Shown: positions 12,914-25,269 of the stretch, piece by piece
Layout of the letters: each line of letters starts with the position of its first letter
How positions within the stretch are numbered: position 1 is the first letter of the stretch
Source: Chiloscyllium plagiosum
Lineage: Eukaryota
Assembly (NCBI RefSeq): GCF_004010195.1
Contig: NC_057718.1
Span: forward strand, 24,957,199 to 25,021,198
Direction of reading: 5' to 3'
DNA: 64,000 nucleotides
Made by a program: the position numbers and the translations under genes
The notes under the pieces: model-generated
What the model saw: only the letters and a program-made list of their open reading frames with translations
Database searches by the model: none
What the model was told of the DNA's origin: nothing

Positions 12914-12953
12914 CCACTGATGATGTTACCTAGCCAGGTAATGAAACGTCTGG
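12914..12953 (+). ncRNA. Minimal type I hammerhead ribozyme motif in a Penelope pseudo-LTR
   Basis: CCA-CTGATGA-T-GTTACCT(AGCC)AGGTAAT-GAAA-CG-TC-TGG: intact core, 7-bp stem II, stem I CCA/TGG, palindromic ACGT at stem III. Predicted GUC cleavage after 12950. Confidence 0.85.
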
Positions 12954-14789
12954 ATATCAAACCTACAGCTCAGTGAGCAAACCTACACCCTAAACCTCAA
13001 CCTGAGTTACAAACCTTCACAAACCTTACATAATAGAATTCCTTACCAAAGAGCAAATGTATGGTTAAGAAATTCTAATTACAGAAAATTATCATGACAT
13101 GGAAAGTCCCACCAAAAGCAATCTGCAAACACAATCTACCATAACATTTTTGAAAGAAAAGTGGATAGTTGAAAAAAGGAAAACTTAGCCAAAGTAAAAT
13201 GAAACATTTCAGAAAACCCTTATGCTACTGCATCAGATACGATGACAGCAACAACAGACACCATCTTCTAACAGTGGATAAGACCACATTTGAACTGTTT
13301 ATCAGATTATAGAATTCAAGGATATACAAATTCCCCTATTTCAAAAGATAATTTGCAGCAGTTTTGAAATCTTAAGCTACCCTGCTATACTTCATTAAAG
13401 CATCAATTATTTTCTTAAATTACTTGAAAAACTGCTTATTACGGGTCTCTTATAAACTCAAGCAAACCTTTATCACAATCTTCACATAGTGACATTCTTG
13501 ACCTTGCTCCTTGAATAGGATTTTGAATACAAACTCATGCCTTTAACTAAATGCAATTAAAGATCTCACAAGCCCATGACCAGGGTGGTTCAAGAGCATT
13601 CCATTCCTTCTTGAATGAAAGCTCAACCAGTCTCCATTTACCACCAACCTCCTCCACCTGACAGAAATTATTCTCATATTGAACATTTTCACCTTCAACT
13701 CCATTCATCTTTGACCAAATAAAAGATGTTGCTAGCAGTATCCTCGTGATCCTAGTTTTGCCTGCCATTTTGTAGGGATATGTGGAACATCTTTGTTTTA
13801 GTCCTACACAGTTTTCCTCCCTCACATCTTTCTGTGTTCACAATTTCTCTAGGGAGAAATTCCTTACAAGCACCGTGGTTTCCCAAGATACCTCAAATAT
13901 ACTTCCTCACACCTTGCTTCTTGCAGGGACTCTATTCCATTCTCCTATGTCAGAGTCCCCATTTCCCCTTCTGAAAGATCAGTCTTCTGACCACCCACCT
14001 GAAATCCACAATCAAGTTCCCCTTGCCCTCACTTTCCAATCCATCAATATTCAATGAATCATTCTCTGCCATTTCAGCCTCCCGCACAATGTCACAGCCA
14101 GACACATCTTCCCCTTTTCTCGTCTTCTAGCGTTTCAAAACAACTGCCCCTTCTGCAATATCCTAGTCCACTTCTAAGTCACTCTTCTACATCCTTTCCC
14201 TTTCCCATAACACCTTTCCATAGAAGAGATGCAATATCCTCTATTTTATCTTCTTCTGTTTCATCATTCAAGGCCCCAAACCTTCCAATCAAGTGAATGA
14301 GTTATTTGTACTTTTTCAATTTAGTATAATGTGTTCCCTGCTCAAAATATGGACCTCCACGATACTGGAGATACTAAACACAGACTGGGTGATTGCTTTG
14401 TGGAATGTCTCTATGTTCTCTGCAAACATAACCTTGAACTTTCTGTCACTTGTCATTTCCATTTTGCATTTTGTTCCCACTCTGATCTTTCTGTCCCTTA
14501 CCTGTTATAGAATTCCAATGGAGATTATCGCAGACTCAAGGAGCAACACTCTTTTAACACAGTATCCAACAACATTCTGGACTCGATATTAAATTCAGCG
14601 ATTTTAGATCATAACCACCATATAATTTCATGTGATGTGTTTTGTTGTCTTTTTGGCTTATTTCTTTGTTAAATCCTTTACTATGTATTCACATGGCTGC
14701 TATCCATCTTACGTCTATTTACACCTCAGCCAGACACATCTTTTGCTTCTTTACTTTACTGCTCCAATATATGCATGTTCAAAGATATA

Positions 14790-14955
14790 CAGAGGAAGCT
14801 CGCTTATCTGAAGGACACAGGCAGGCAGCATTCATTCAGTTAATCGAATTCCGGATAATCGAATGCCAGATAACATAGTTTAGCCGAGCATCGGGACCTT
14901 GCGATCTTGCCGGATAATCCAATATTCGGATCATCAAATGCTGGATAATCGAGGT
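14790..14955. mobile_element. Tc1/mariner (Tigger-like) MITE remnant
   Basis: TA-CAGAGGAAGCTCGCTTATCTG... left end, a partial inverted right end (GGATAATCGAGGT) and internal GGATAATC repeats. Confidence 0.5.
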
Positions 14956-14956
14956 A

Positions 14957-15135
14957 TAGGTTAGATGGATTGGCCGTGCTAAATTCTCTGTAATGTTAAG
15001 GGATGTGCAGGCTCGGTTGGTTAGCCATGGTAAATGTGGAGTTACAGGGATACGGTAGGGGAGTGGGATGCTCTTCGGAAGGTCAGTCCAGACTCGATGG
15101 ACTGAATAGCCTCTTTCCACACTGTGATTCAATGA
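14957..15135 (+). mobile_element. HE1-like SINE 3' half
   Basis: aggttagatggattggccgtgctaaatt...gcctctttccacactgt matches the 3' half of the SINE at 49177. Confidence 0.7.
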
Positions 15136-17382
15136 TTAATTCCTCCTCCCATTAGCCAAACACTTTATCACAGATCATTCTTTTAGTGTTCTTCTCCCCT
15201 TCCCGCATTTCACTCTCAAAATCTATGACATTTCTAACTTTTCTTAGTTCTGGTGGAAGGTGATAAGGTAAAAAGATAACCCTGTTTTTCAATCACAGAT
15301 ACTGCCAGGCCTGCTGAGTGTTCCCAGCATTGTATATTCTACTGCATTACTGAAGTTAATTTTCCTCTTTTTGTCAAGCACACCTTTTCTTCTTAATTTT
15401 CTAAAGCTTAGATCTACAAACTTGAATTTCTTTTTCACATGGAGAGATATTCTCTTCACTGCATCTAACTTTCCTGACCTCGTCCCATTAACCAGTTCCA
15501 AAGGAATTTTCTGTGGTGGAGGCTCAACTAAATTTGCTGCCACTTGAACTGTCAGATTCAAGCAAAGCCTGGGCTGTAGGACCCGATGACAGAAATTCCA
15601 CACACCAAGCCAAGAGATGACAACTCTCTGTTGCTAGCGCTACCACCAGTAGTCAATGAATGAGCTTAACTGACAATTTGCCGCAAGCAAGCAAATTTCT
15701 TCTATCAGCCTGTTTCTGCCTCCAACTTAATCCCAGGAGATATTTCTGGCACAGGGAGACTGATATGCAGCCTCTCCCATGACTAAGTGGAACCAACTAT
15801 TGCATTTCTCACAACTCTGGACAAGATTAGATTTTGTCCATTATCTTTCTCTTACTTCTACCTTTTACATCACAATCTTTCATATTGTTCTCTTTTTAAT
15901 GCATGCCTTTTTTTGGATATTGCTCCTTTCAATTCAATTCATGTCCAATTAAACTATGTTTCTCTTTTTTTCTATCTTTAATTATTGCTCTTCAATTGAG
16001 GCTCATTGCAACTTCCCTTTGCAATTTCCATTCAAAATTAAATAGTCAGAGGATTTCAGAGACATAGCAGCACGCATCCTCTATACTTTGATCATATCAC
16101 AATCTACAAATTGCTAGACACAATTTTCACCTTATCGAACTATTAGTATTGTCTGATTTTACCTCAACTTTTCTCCTACTCTATTCAGCCCTGTAATTTG
16201 AGCTTTGCCCCTTTGCCCAGCCTTCTCAATTAAAACTAATTACATATTTAAATATAAATTAAATACAATTATAAAGCTGCTGCAATTGCTTTATGAGCAG
16301 TCCAAGATTACCCCATTATTATCTTCTAATAGATAGCTTGTCATCTTGCATATATGAAGCGACTTTAATTCGGAGGTAGGGATCATGTCTTTCCCTCAAC
16401 AAATTTGTTTGCTTAAACTTTCCAGGGATCAGGTAGTAAAATTGTCGAGCCTATTGATGTTTTAAAAATCAGTCACCTCACATTAATGGTCTCTCTGAAA
16501 ATTGCTGATGATTTTGAAATTTGATGTTTGTACTAATTGCTCCTGTTAAAACGTTAGCTTTAAGTTTCAGTAGCAAGCCAATGAACGACACTCACTGTTG
16601 TTCAGACAAACATTTTCGTTTTTAAAATTAATGCTGTTTGACACGGCATATTACCAGACTGAGATGGAAATGACAGAGTATGCATTACTGAGCATCTGAA
16701 TGAATGATTTTTATTGTCACCTGTATTCCTACAGTGAGAAAAACAGTAAAATATAGCGAAAAGCTTTTCCATTGTTGCCATTATCTGGTGGATTTTAAAT
16801 AGTTTTAGGAGTAAGACAAAGTAAGGAAGAAATAGCTTAAACAGTGTCCATCAATCTTGAGCCAGCTTATCATCATCCTCCACTGCCTCACCGTCAGCTA
16901 TATTGGAGCCAACCAATGTCAGAATGAATCAGGATGTTGTAGCTTCAAGCCTCACCTCTTTGCTTCAATGCCTCTTTAGAACTGTACTCTTTTCTTTCCA
17001 TTGTCTGTCTTTGCTCTTCCTTCTTCAATGTATCATTTCATGCATCCCTGCATTAAATTTGATCTGGTAGATGCCTGAGCATGTCTGCCTCCTCAATGTC
17101 TTCACTATCTTTTTCACACAATTCACAAAATTCCAAGTCTGTGTACTACAAATATGAAGTTTTTAAGATTATAATGTTTTGGTACGCTGTCTTCAATAAA
17201 AGAATGAAGTGGGTCATTTTATTTGTTCTGTAAACATCCGGACAACAAACTTTGGTGGTTTGTTTATTAAAGCTTAATGGTGAGCCAGGTTGTCTTCCTG
17301 GGTACAAGGTGCAAGATATCTATTCATTTAAACAATGAGCAGAGCATCTATACTGACAGTGGATAGACTGTCAGTCTCCAAA

Positions 17383-17626
17383 GGGGTAAAAACAATGACT
17401 GCAGATGCTGGAAACCAGATTCTGGATTAGTGGTGCTGGAAGAGCACAGCAGTTCAGGCAGCATCCAAGGAGCAGCGAAATCGATGTTTCGGGCAAAAGC
17501 CCTTCATCAGGAATAAAAGTTTATTTTTTTTTATTCCTGATGAAGGGCTTTTGCCCAAAACGTCGATTTCGCTGCTCCTTGGATGCTGCCTGAACTGCTG
17601 TGCTCTTCCAGCACCACTAATCCAGA
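17383..17626. mobile_element. Fold-back Penelope-like pseudo-LTR pair with two hammerhead motifs
   Basis: Near-perfect ~95-bp inverted repeat. TSD TGT(C/T)AGTCTCCAAA at 17369-17382 and 17627-17640. Hammerheads at 17481-17513 (-) and 17534-17566 (+). Confidence 0.9.
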
Positions 17627-17989
17627 TGTTAGTCTCCAAATCACAGGGAGGTATTAGAAATGTCAGAATTTGTAAGCCTTTCTACTTTAAATTACACATT
17701 TAATTCCAAGATGCAATGAAGGCGATATCTAGAAGATCATCAATGACTTTTTTCTACATTAATACAATGTCCATGTGATCCACATGAGAAGAGACATTTA
17801 CAAACTGTTTTACTACCATGTTAAAAGATTTTTTCTGAAGAGATTCCTAAATGTCACAGACAGCCCATTCTGTAAGTATCTGAGAGACTAGCAGCGAAAA
17901 AAAGAGACAGACAGACAGGGGCAGAGAGAGAGAAAAGAGAGACAGTGGGAGCCAACTGATGTTCACTGTTCACCATGCAGAATATAGAT

Positions 17990-18812
17990 GAATTAAATTC
18001 CCTACAGTGTGGAAACAGGCCCTTCGCCCCAATAAATCCACACCGACCCTTCAAAGAGTAAGCCACCGAGACCCATTCCCCGATCCTACATTTAACACCG
18101 ACTAATGCACCTAGTACTATGGGCAACTTAGCATGGCCAATCCACCTGACCTGCACATAGAGTCATAGAGATGTACAGCACGGAAACAGACCCTTCAGTC
18201 CAACCCGTCCATGCCGACCAGATATCCCAACCCAATCTAGTCCCACCTGCCAGCACCCGGCTCATATCCCTCCAAACTCTTCCTAATCATATACCCATCC
18301 AAATGCCTTTTAAATGTTGCAATTGTACCAGCCTCCACCACTTCCTCTGGCAGCTCATTCCATACAGGTGCCACCCTCTGTGTGAAAAAGTTGCGCCTTA
18401 GATCTCTTTTATATCTTTCCCCTCTCACCCTAAACCTATGCCCTCTAGTTCTGGACTCCCCAACCCCAGGGAAAAGACTTTATCTTTGTCCTATATCCTA
18501 TCCATGTCCCTCATGATTTTGTCAACCTCTATAAGGTCACCCCTCAACCTCCGATGTTCCAGGGAAAACAGCCCCAGCCTGTTCAGCCTCAAATCCTTCA
18601 ACCCTGACAACATCCTTGTAAATCTTTTCTGAACCTTTTCAAGTTTCCCAACATCTTTCCGATGGGAAGGAGACCAGAATTACACACAATATTCCAACAG
18701 TGGCCTAAACACGGGGAGAATGCGCAAACTCCATACAGACAGTCGCCTGAGGCTGGAATCGAATCCGGGTCTCTGGTGCTGTGAGGCAGTAGTGCTAACC
18801 ACTGTGCCGCCA
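17990..18812 (-). mobile_element. HE1-like tRNA SINE split by a CR1 LINE fragment (CR1 at ~18158-18705)
   Basis: SINE head GGCGGCACAGTGGTTAGCACT...GATTCGATTCC at ~18706-18812 and tail at ~17990-18157. CR1 peptide RNFFTQRVAPVWNELPEEVVEA lies between them. Confidence 0.85.
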
Positions 18813-21800
18813 AATGGACTGGGTTGAAGACATGGTGTTCACAAGAATTTAAACACAGCTGGATGATTTACTTAGCTTGGGTTGAGAGTAAGGAATTTTC
18901 GGCACCCCCACAGTGACAGTCAGTTCAGGATTTGAAGTAATCCGGCTGAAATTTGGAGCAAAGCAGCAAAGCTGAGCATAGCTTTGGACTGGTTGCTGGA
19001 GACTGAAATGTCTGCTTATCGGACAAAGCAAACTGTAACCATGGAGAAAAATATTCAGACATTGTAAAAATTAAATAGGAGAACCTTTCTGCAATTTAGA
19101 GTTTAAGTTGACTACTGAATAATCTTTGGATGAAATAAAAAGAGGAAATTCCAGAGAAGCTCAGCAGGCCAGGTAATATTCTGTGGACAGAGAAACAGAG
19201 TTAAGACCAATATGACTTTTATTCAGCATGTTTACATCATTTTTGTTTTTGTTTGCTTATTATAGTGAACTTACACCTTGAAATCTTTTTTTTAATTGGT
19301 CACTGGATCAATGGGGGTCATAACTAGGGTTATTAATATAGGTGGAAATTAAGAGTACCAATAATAATCTCTGGAGAACCAAATTGGATACTTTCCTCTA
19401 ATGTGAAAAAACAACTGATGACGTTCACTCTCTGTTTCTTGTCATTGAACCAATCTTCATATTTATGCTGCTTATTTTCCACATATTCAATGAGTTTCAA
19501 CTTTGCTGACAAAGCTTATTCTGTGGCACTTCAACAAACTTCTTTTGGAAGTTTATGCATATGACATCAAATGCATTATTTTCATCAACTCTTACTGCTA
19601 CCTCAAACAAGATCCAAGTGAGAGGTTCATCTCTCATAAGTCAATTAAGTATAAAGTTTAATGAAAGAGTCACTTGGCTTTAGTCTGTGTCTCAGGTTCA
19701 ATCCCAGACAATTAAGTAGATGAAGTCTCCCTGTGTATGCTATCTGGAGCCAACTAACTTGAAATAGGCTTGTGTAATTGCAGTCAGTACAGTGTTAGAA
19801 ATGAACTCCAATGCCACTGGCTCACAGGAGGAATAGAGAAGAAATATTTTAATCCTTAGAAGAGAGGCTTTTTTATTTGATGGAGTTGGGACCATTGGAT
19901 TGAATGTTATGAGGGCCAAAAGAATCCCAATATCAAGTAAAATTCAGATCCTGAGCCTGCCACTGTCAGTAGTTAGCTGCTCAGCAGATCTACCACAGTC
20001 ACCACTGGTACTGCCATCTTATTACGGATAGTAAGTAGACCCTAGCACTGCTACTCAATCACAAAGCAGCTTTACAGGTAGAAGGAGTCACTGTTGAGTT
20101 TTGTAGGGAACCTTGAGCATCCAGGAACTGGACCAAGGTGCAGTACTTCAATGGCTGAGAACCATGTGCTCCCTACCTCCAGAATGCACCCTGAGACTCC
20201 TCCCACAGTGGATCATTTAATCACTTTTTAAAAAAAGAGACATACTTTAAAAGTTGGGTTCTAATGTTAAAAAAAAATGAGAGAAAGCATAAGATAATAA
20301 AAACATAAAAGGAGCAAACTGGGAAAAGAGATGACAAGCAAAATATAAATATTGCACTGAAAATCATATACCGTTGCCTAGATTTTAAGTGTCTATTTTA
20401 TTGTGGGAAATTTTGTTACAGCATTAAATATGTTCATGACAGCTGAGCAGTTTTTTACTGTAAAATTGGATTTGTTTCAGCCACACAACACATCATATAA
20501 ACCTTTTATTAAAATGATTCATTTTCCCTCACTTAGTGGTACATGAAGCAAACAAAGCATTTGCTTATGTCAGTTTCTATAGCTGGATGTTTCTGAAACA
20601 GGTTGCTATAGCCTGTCACTAGAGGCCAAACTACTCAACAGTAAATAATGTACTTGATATATTGTATCCTAATTAGGAGGGAAAGAGAATAATTGTCGGG
20701 AACCATTTAACATATAAAAGCAAAGACAAGGAGAAAGGTGGATGTATTTATGCAAATTAAATAGAGAACAAGAATTGTTACATGCCTCAAAAGATTAAAA
20801 ATATCAAGGATCAGAAATATTCATCACAGTCATTCAGAAACAATCACAGAACGATTGATGTCCATTTAAATATGTTTGCATATTAACTTTGGTTTTGATG
20901 TGGTAACGAGGGATTTAAAGTCTGAAAAATTTTATCGCGGGATATTTTATAAGACTGTAAAGTTTGTTGATGTTTAATTAAACAAGTTACATTGCCATTT
21001 TACTGATTAATAATGAAAAGAACAATTTAGCCCAATTAAATAAGTATGTGGTACTATAGGAATGGTTCCAGATTATTTGTCTGATTCCACACGTATTTGC
21101 CACTTTGAAACAATTATATTTGCTCCAATATCCGCAAACCATTCTCTATTGGATGTATTTACATATACATTAACTAAAATTAAGTTTTTGCCTCAATTCA
21201 TATTTCATTCCATTCATGATTTTTTTAAGCACGCACACTAATCTACCTTACATGATATACAATAGGCCTATCCAATCTTGTACAAAGTGCTCACTGAGAT
21301 TCTCTGAGATTGGGTCCCAGATCGTGACTTATTTTCTCGTTTTGAAGTTTCAATTGGCATTGGTGATCATTCAGCTTATGAACTCAAAAATATCAATTAT
21401 CAGACTTGTGTACAAAAACGGAAGTAGAATAAAAAATACAGATCTGCTAAAATGCAAGTAACATACTACATGTGTAACATCTTATGGAGAAGAGGTCTGT
21501 CATCACAGTCAACCTGACCAACCAGAATAACCACACCGAGCCAGAATGGAGGCACAAGCATTGAAACACATTTCCAACAATGAAAGGGGAAACAACATTC
21601 CTCCATGTTCTGTATAGAAAGCAGGGGTGTATCTGTTCTGGCTCTCTGGTGAGTCAACACGATTAGCAATTTTCTCTAACAAAGTCGGACTAGTGCAAGC
21701 TGTACCAAGGATTATTACATCTGATATGTTCAACGCAGAATTCCAGTTTTTTGTCAAATATAAAGACTGAAATGCACTGCACAGAATAGTAGTGGATGTT

Positions 21801-22044
21801 TGCTAAGCACGTATACACAGTAAGTAAATTTGCCTTTATTTTGGATGGATATTTTCCACAAATATTGATGAATTTGTCGAAACCAATGTTGTTATTGCCA
21901 AGCACGTGATTAGTCTGATTCCTTCTCAGATGGCACTGATGTAGAATGGAAATCTGATCAACTTAGAAAAGTAAGTTTGTGCTTTTGTTTGAATAGTTTA
22001 CACCTGAAATTCTGTGTCACCAAGTCTTAATTTCAACAAAGCTT

Positions 22045-22510
22045 TGAAAAGGGTTTAGAGGAGATTTACTAAGAGGGTGCCTGGTAGGGAAGAAAGATCT
22101 TATGAGGAAAGGCTGAGGGACTTGAGGCTGTTTTCATTAGAGAGAAGGTTGAGAGGTGACTTAATTGAGACATACAAGATAATTAGAGGTTTAGATAGGG
22201 TGGACAGTGGGAGCCTTTTTCCTCAGATGGTGATGGTTAGCACGAGGGGACATAGCTTTGAATTGAGGGGTGATAGATACAGGACTGATGACAGAGGTAG
22301 TTTCTATACTCACAGAGTAATAGGGGCATGGATTGCACTGCCTGCAACAGTAGTAGATTTGCCAATTTTCAGGGCATTTAAATGGTCATTGGATAAATAT
22401 ATGGATGAAAATGGAATAGTGTCGGATAGATGGGCTTCAAATTGGTTCCACAGGTCAGTGCAATATCGAGGGCTGAGGGGCCTGTACTGCACTGGAATGT
22501 TTTATGTTCT
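22045..22510 (+). mobile_element. CR1-like LINE 3' fragment
   Basis: [35 protein letters not shown]. Confidence 0.9.
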
Positions 22511-22744
22511 ATGGAGGATGGAATGGACAAGACCAGGCTCAAGAGTAGGGATGCTGCCCACTCCGTTGCCGCCATCTTTTGCCACATCTTTTCAATAATG
22601 ATACAAACTTGGAAGCATTGGGAACTGTGTGGAAGATGGTGCAGAACTTGAACAGGGCATGGAAGGTTAATGGAATGTGAAAAGAAATGGCAGATCAAAC
22701 CTAATTTGGAGGAAATTCTCCATTAAGAAGAAATTTTGAAAATA

Positions 22745-23015
22745 AATGAGCACATTTTTAAAGTTAAAGGCAGGAGGTTTGGAGGGGATTTGAGGATTAT
22801 TTTTCACCCAGGAGGTGGTAGAGGTCTGGAATACACTTCCAGGGGAGGGGTGTTGGGAGTAGTTGAGGCAGGTAACCTTGCAACCTGGATCAGCATTTGA
22901 AATGTCATTACTTTCAAAGCTATGGGCCTATTGCTGGAAGGTGGGACTAGTGTAGGTAGTAATGTATTTTTGACACTACAGCTCACTGGGCAGCAGGGCC
23001 TGTTCTCCACTGTAT
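22745..23015 (+). mobile_element. CR1-like LINE 3' fragment
   Basis: ttttcacccaggaggtggtagaggtctggaat.. motif and 3' UTR. Confidence 0.7.
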
Positions 23016-23079
23016 GATGAAATGCTTCTAAATGTGGTGTGATTCACTTTTGTAAGAAGGACACAGAGACACAATATAA

Positions 23080-23620
23080 ACTCACCTTCTGACTCCCAAA
23101 GCCAATTCACCAGAAGCCATGAGTGTGATAGAATGGCCCCCACTTGCCTGGATGAGTGCAGCTCCAACAAAGCTTAAGAAGCTTGACATCAGCCAGAACA
23201 ATGCAGCTTGATTAGCACCACATCCAAAAACATCCAATCCCTCCACTACTGACTCTCAGTAGCAGCAGAGTGTACTGTCTCCAAGATACACTGCAAAAGA
23301 AATTCACCAAAAATCCTTTGACAGACCCTTCCATTCCCATTACCAATTCCATCCAGCAGGACAAGGGCAGCAGATACATGGGAAAACCACCTATAAGTTT
23401 CCCTTCAAGGGACCTGCAATCCTGACTTGGAAATATATCGCCAGTGTCAATGGGGCAACATCCTGGACTTCCCTTCCTAACCACCTTGAGAGTCTGCTTA
23501 TACCACATGGACTAAAGTGGTTCAAGATGTCAACGCATCATCACCTTCTCCAGGGCAACTAGGGATGGGCAATAAGTATCAGCCAAATTAGCAACACTCA
23601 CATCCCAAGAGTAATTTTTA
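23080..23620 (+). mobile_element. L2/CR1-group LINE 3' fragment (second family)
   Basis: Shares the tail gggatgggcaataa...cacatccc with 25270-28150, 60500-61150 and the SINE at 29025. Confidence 0.6.
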
Positions 23621-25269
23621 AAAATGTATGTCCAAACTTTCCTACATGTTAATAAATTCCTATATCAATTGAAGTATGTTATAAATAAATGAATTAATGT
23701 TTTTCTTGGGCACAATCATAGCCTAATTTAGACCATCTTTAGCTACATGGTGCAAGTATTTAATGTTATTTTAAACATTGTTTTCTCTCACTTCCCAAAA
23801 ATAAGAATCCAGCACTTATTCAGCAGGCTGATATTACCATAATTTTTTTGTGAACATTTTATATATTTAAGGTAATGCACAACCTAAGCTCATTTCCAGG
23901 CAACAACACATTGAGGGTTAGAGCAAAGCTAAAAACCACAGAACAGAACCATGTCAACTCACTTGGGGGTATTATTTCCTCAGAATGCCTTCATGGATAT
24001 GCACTCCTGTGTAACATATAAGAAGGTAAGATATAATTTCCTTAGGGTGCTTATTAATATTATTATTGTCCTGAAAAAACATTGACATGAAAAAAGACCA
24101 GTGCAAAGTGACAATGGACTTCTTAATTATTAGTACTGTCACACTTTAGTCTATTCCATAGCCTAAACTGAGTGAAAAGGAAATAATGGTGAATGAGAAA
24201 AATCTCTACTTGTAAGAAATTACCAAGGATTGTGAAGACCTTCTTAGAGTCCAAACATTATATAGCTGTGAAGCTGTAAGCCTGAAGAATGGAAATGAAA
24301 AGGTTCCATGAGAAATATATCTTTTCATTCTGAACGGAGATAGGTCATTGAAATAAAAGCCAAAGTCTACACAGCTTATGGCAATAATTTAGAATGCTAA
24401 GTGGAAGATTGAGGGGAATTACAGACATTGCAGCCATTTCTAATTCAGATTGGCAACCCCATCTGACTCCTGCAAGCAATGCTGAAGGTATACTTGCTGG
24501 AAGTCTCAACTGAATTCTGTAAGAAAAACGCACTTAAAACCATAACAAAAATATTCAGCAAGGGCATCAGATAAATCCTGAACTTCATTATAGTTACTCC
24601 TTCTGTCGGGACTGCTGATCTTTTATCAATCAGTTTATGCCTAGAAATTAACCAGGATGTCTATATTTAATGCACCAAACTATTTTATATCAGTCAAGTC
24701 AGATATCATTAGCATTTACTCTGCTGACCTCCAATCAGGATCAATACAAGCTACTGAATGAAATAACCTGATCCTGAAACTATCAAGAAGTAAATCAGAC
24801 AAAAAAATGATAGGTTAACAATGATTATTTTTAGAATCCCAGATGGTAGCACTTAACTATTGAGTAAGCAAAGTGTTAGCACAGACTTAGTAAATGAAAT
24901 AAGTAGTAAATGCTACAACAACAGTTCATATGTATTTCAGCACTAATCCTTGCGAACTATAACATACAACTGAAGTTGATAGCTGCATTTGATGTAATGT
25001 GGATAAATTAATTTTGGACTAGATTCCTCAAATCAAAAACAAGTTAACAGAATTATACTGCCTGTCCACAAAATATAATTTTTTTATACTTACACTGAGA
25101 AAACATCCTCCTTAGGAACTGGTGTGAGTGAACTGATTGTCTTGTCTATATCTCGAAGAATTGTGTTATCCTTCCAAAATGCAGCATCAGTAATCTCAAC
25201 TTATAGACATGATATCTGCTTCTCCTGGGTAAATTCACCTTCCTGTTACTGTATCTGGACTCGGTGATT

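Larger units (their letters stand above)
11550..13028 (+). mobile_element. Penelope-like element, 5'-truncated, with an inverted partial copy (11550-12061)
   Basis: RT C-terminus plus GIY-YIG endonuclease (NVIYKIPCKDCHKHYVGQTGRELATRIHEH, ORF 12403-12816). The inverted arm has an internal deletion. 12-bp TSD CATAATAGAATT at 11538-11549 and 13029-13040. Confidence 0.93.
13480..15330 (+). mobile_element. Heavily decayed Penelope-like (Neptune-type) element with nested MITE/SINE
   Basis: Similar to 9205-10335 over the RT/EN region, with a pseudo-LTR-like tail at ~15245-15330. Confidence 0.5.

Noticed and set aside
17383..17626. MITE or pre-miRNA interpretation of the hairpin
   Set aside because: The long TSD, asymmetric arms and identity with Penelope pseudo-LTR ends indicate a retroelement fold-back.
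21509..21757. 82-aa minus-strand ORF with an upstream AG, possible RGS7 exon
   Set aside because: No resemblance to RGS7 or any protein I recognise, and the donor is weak.
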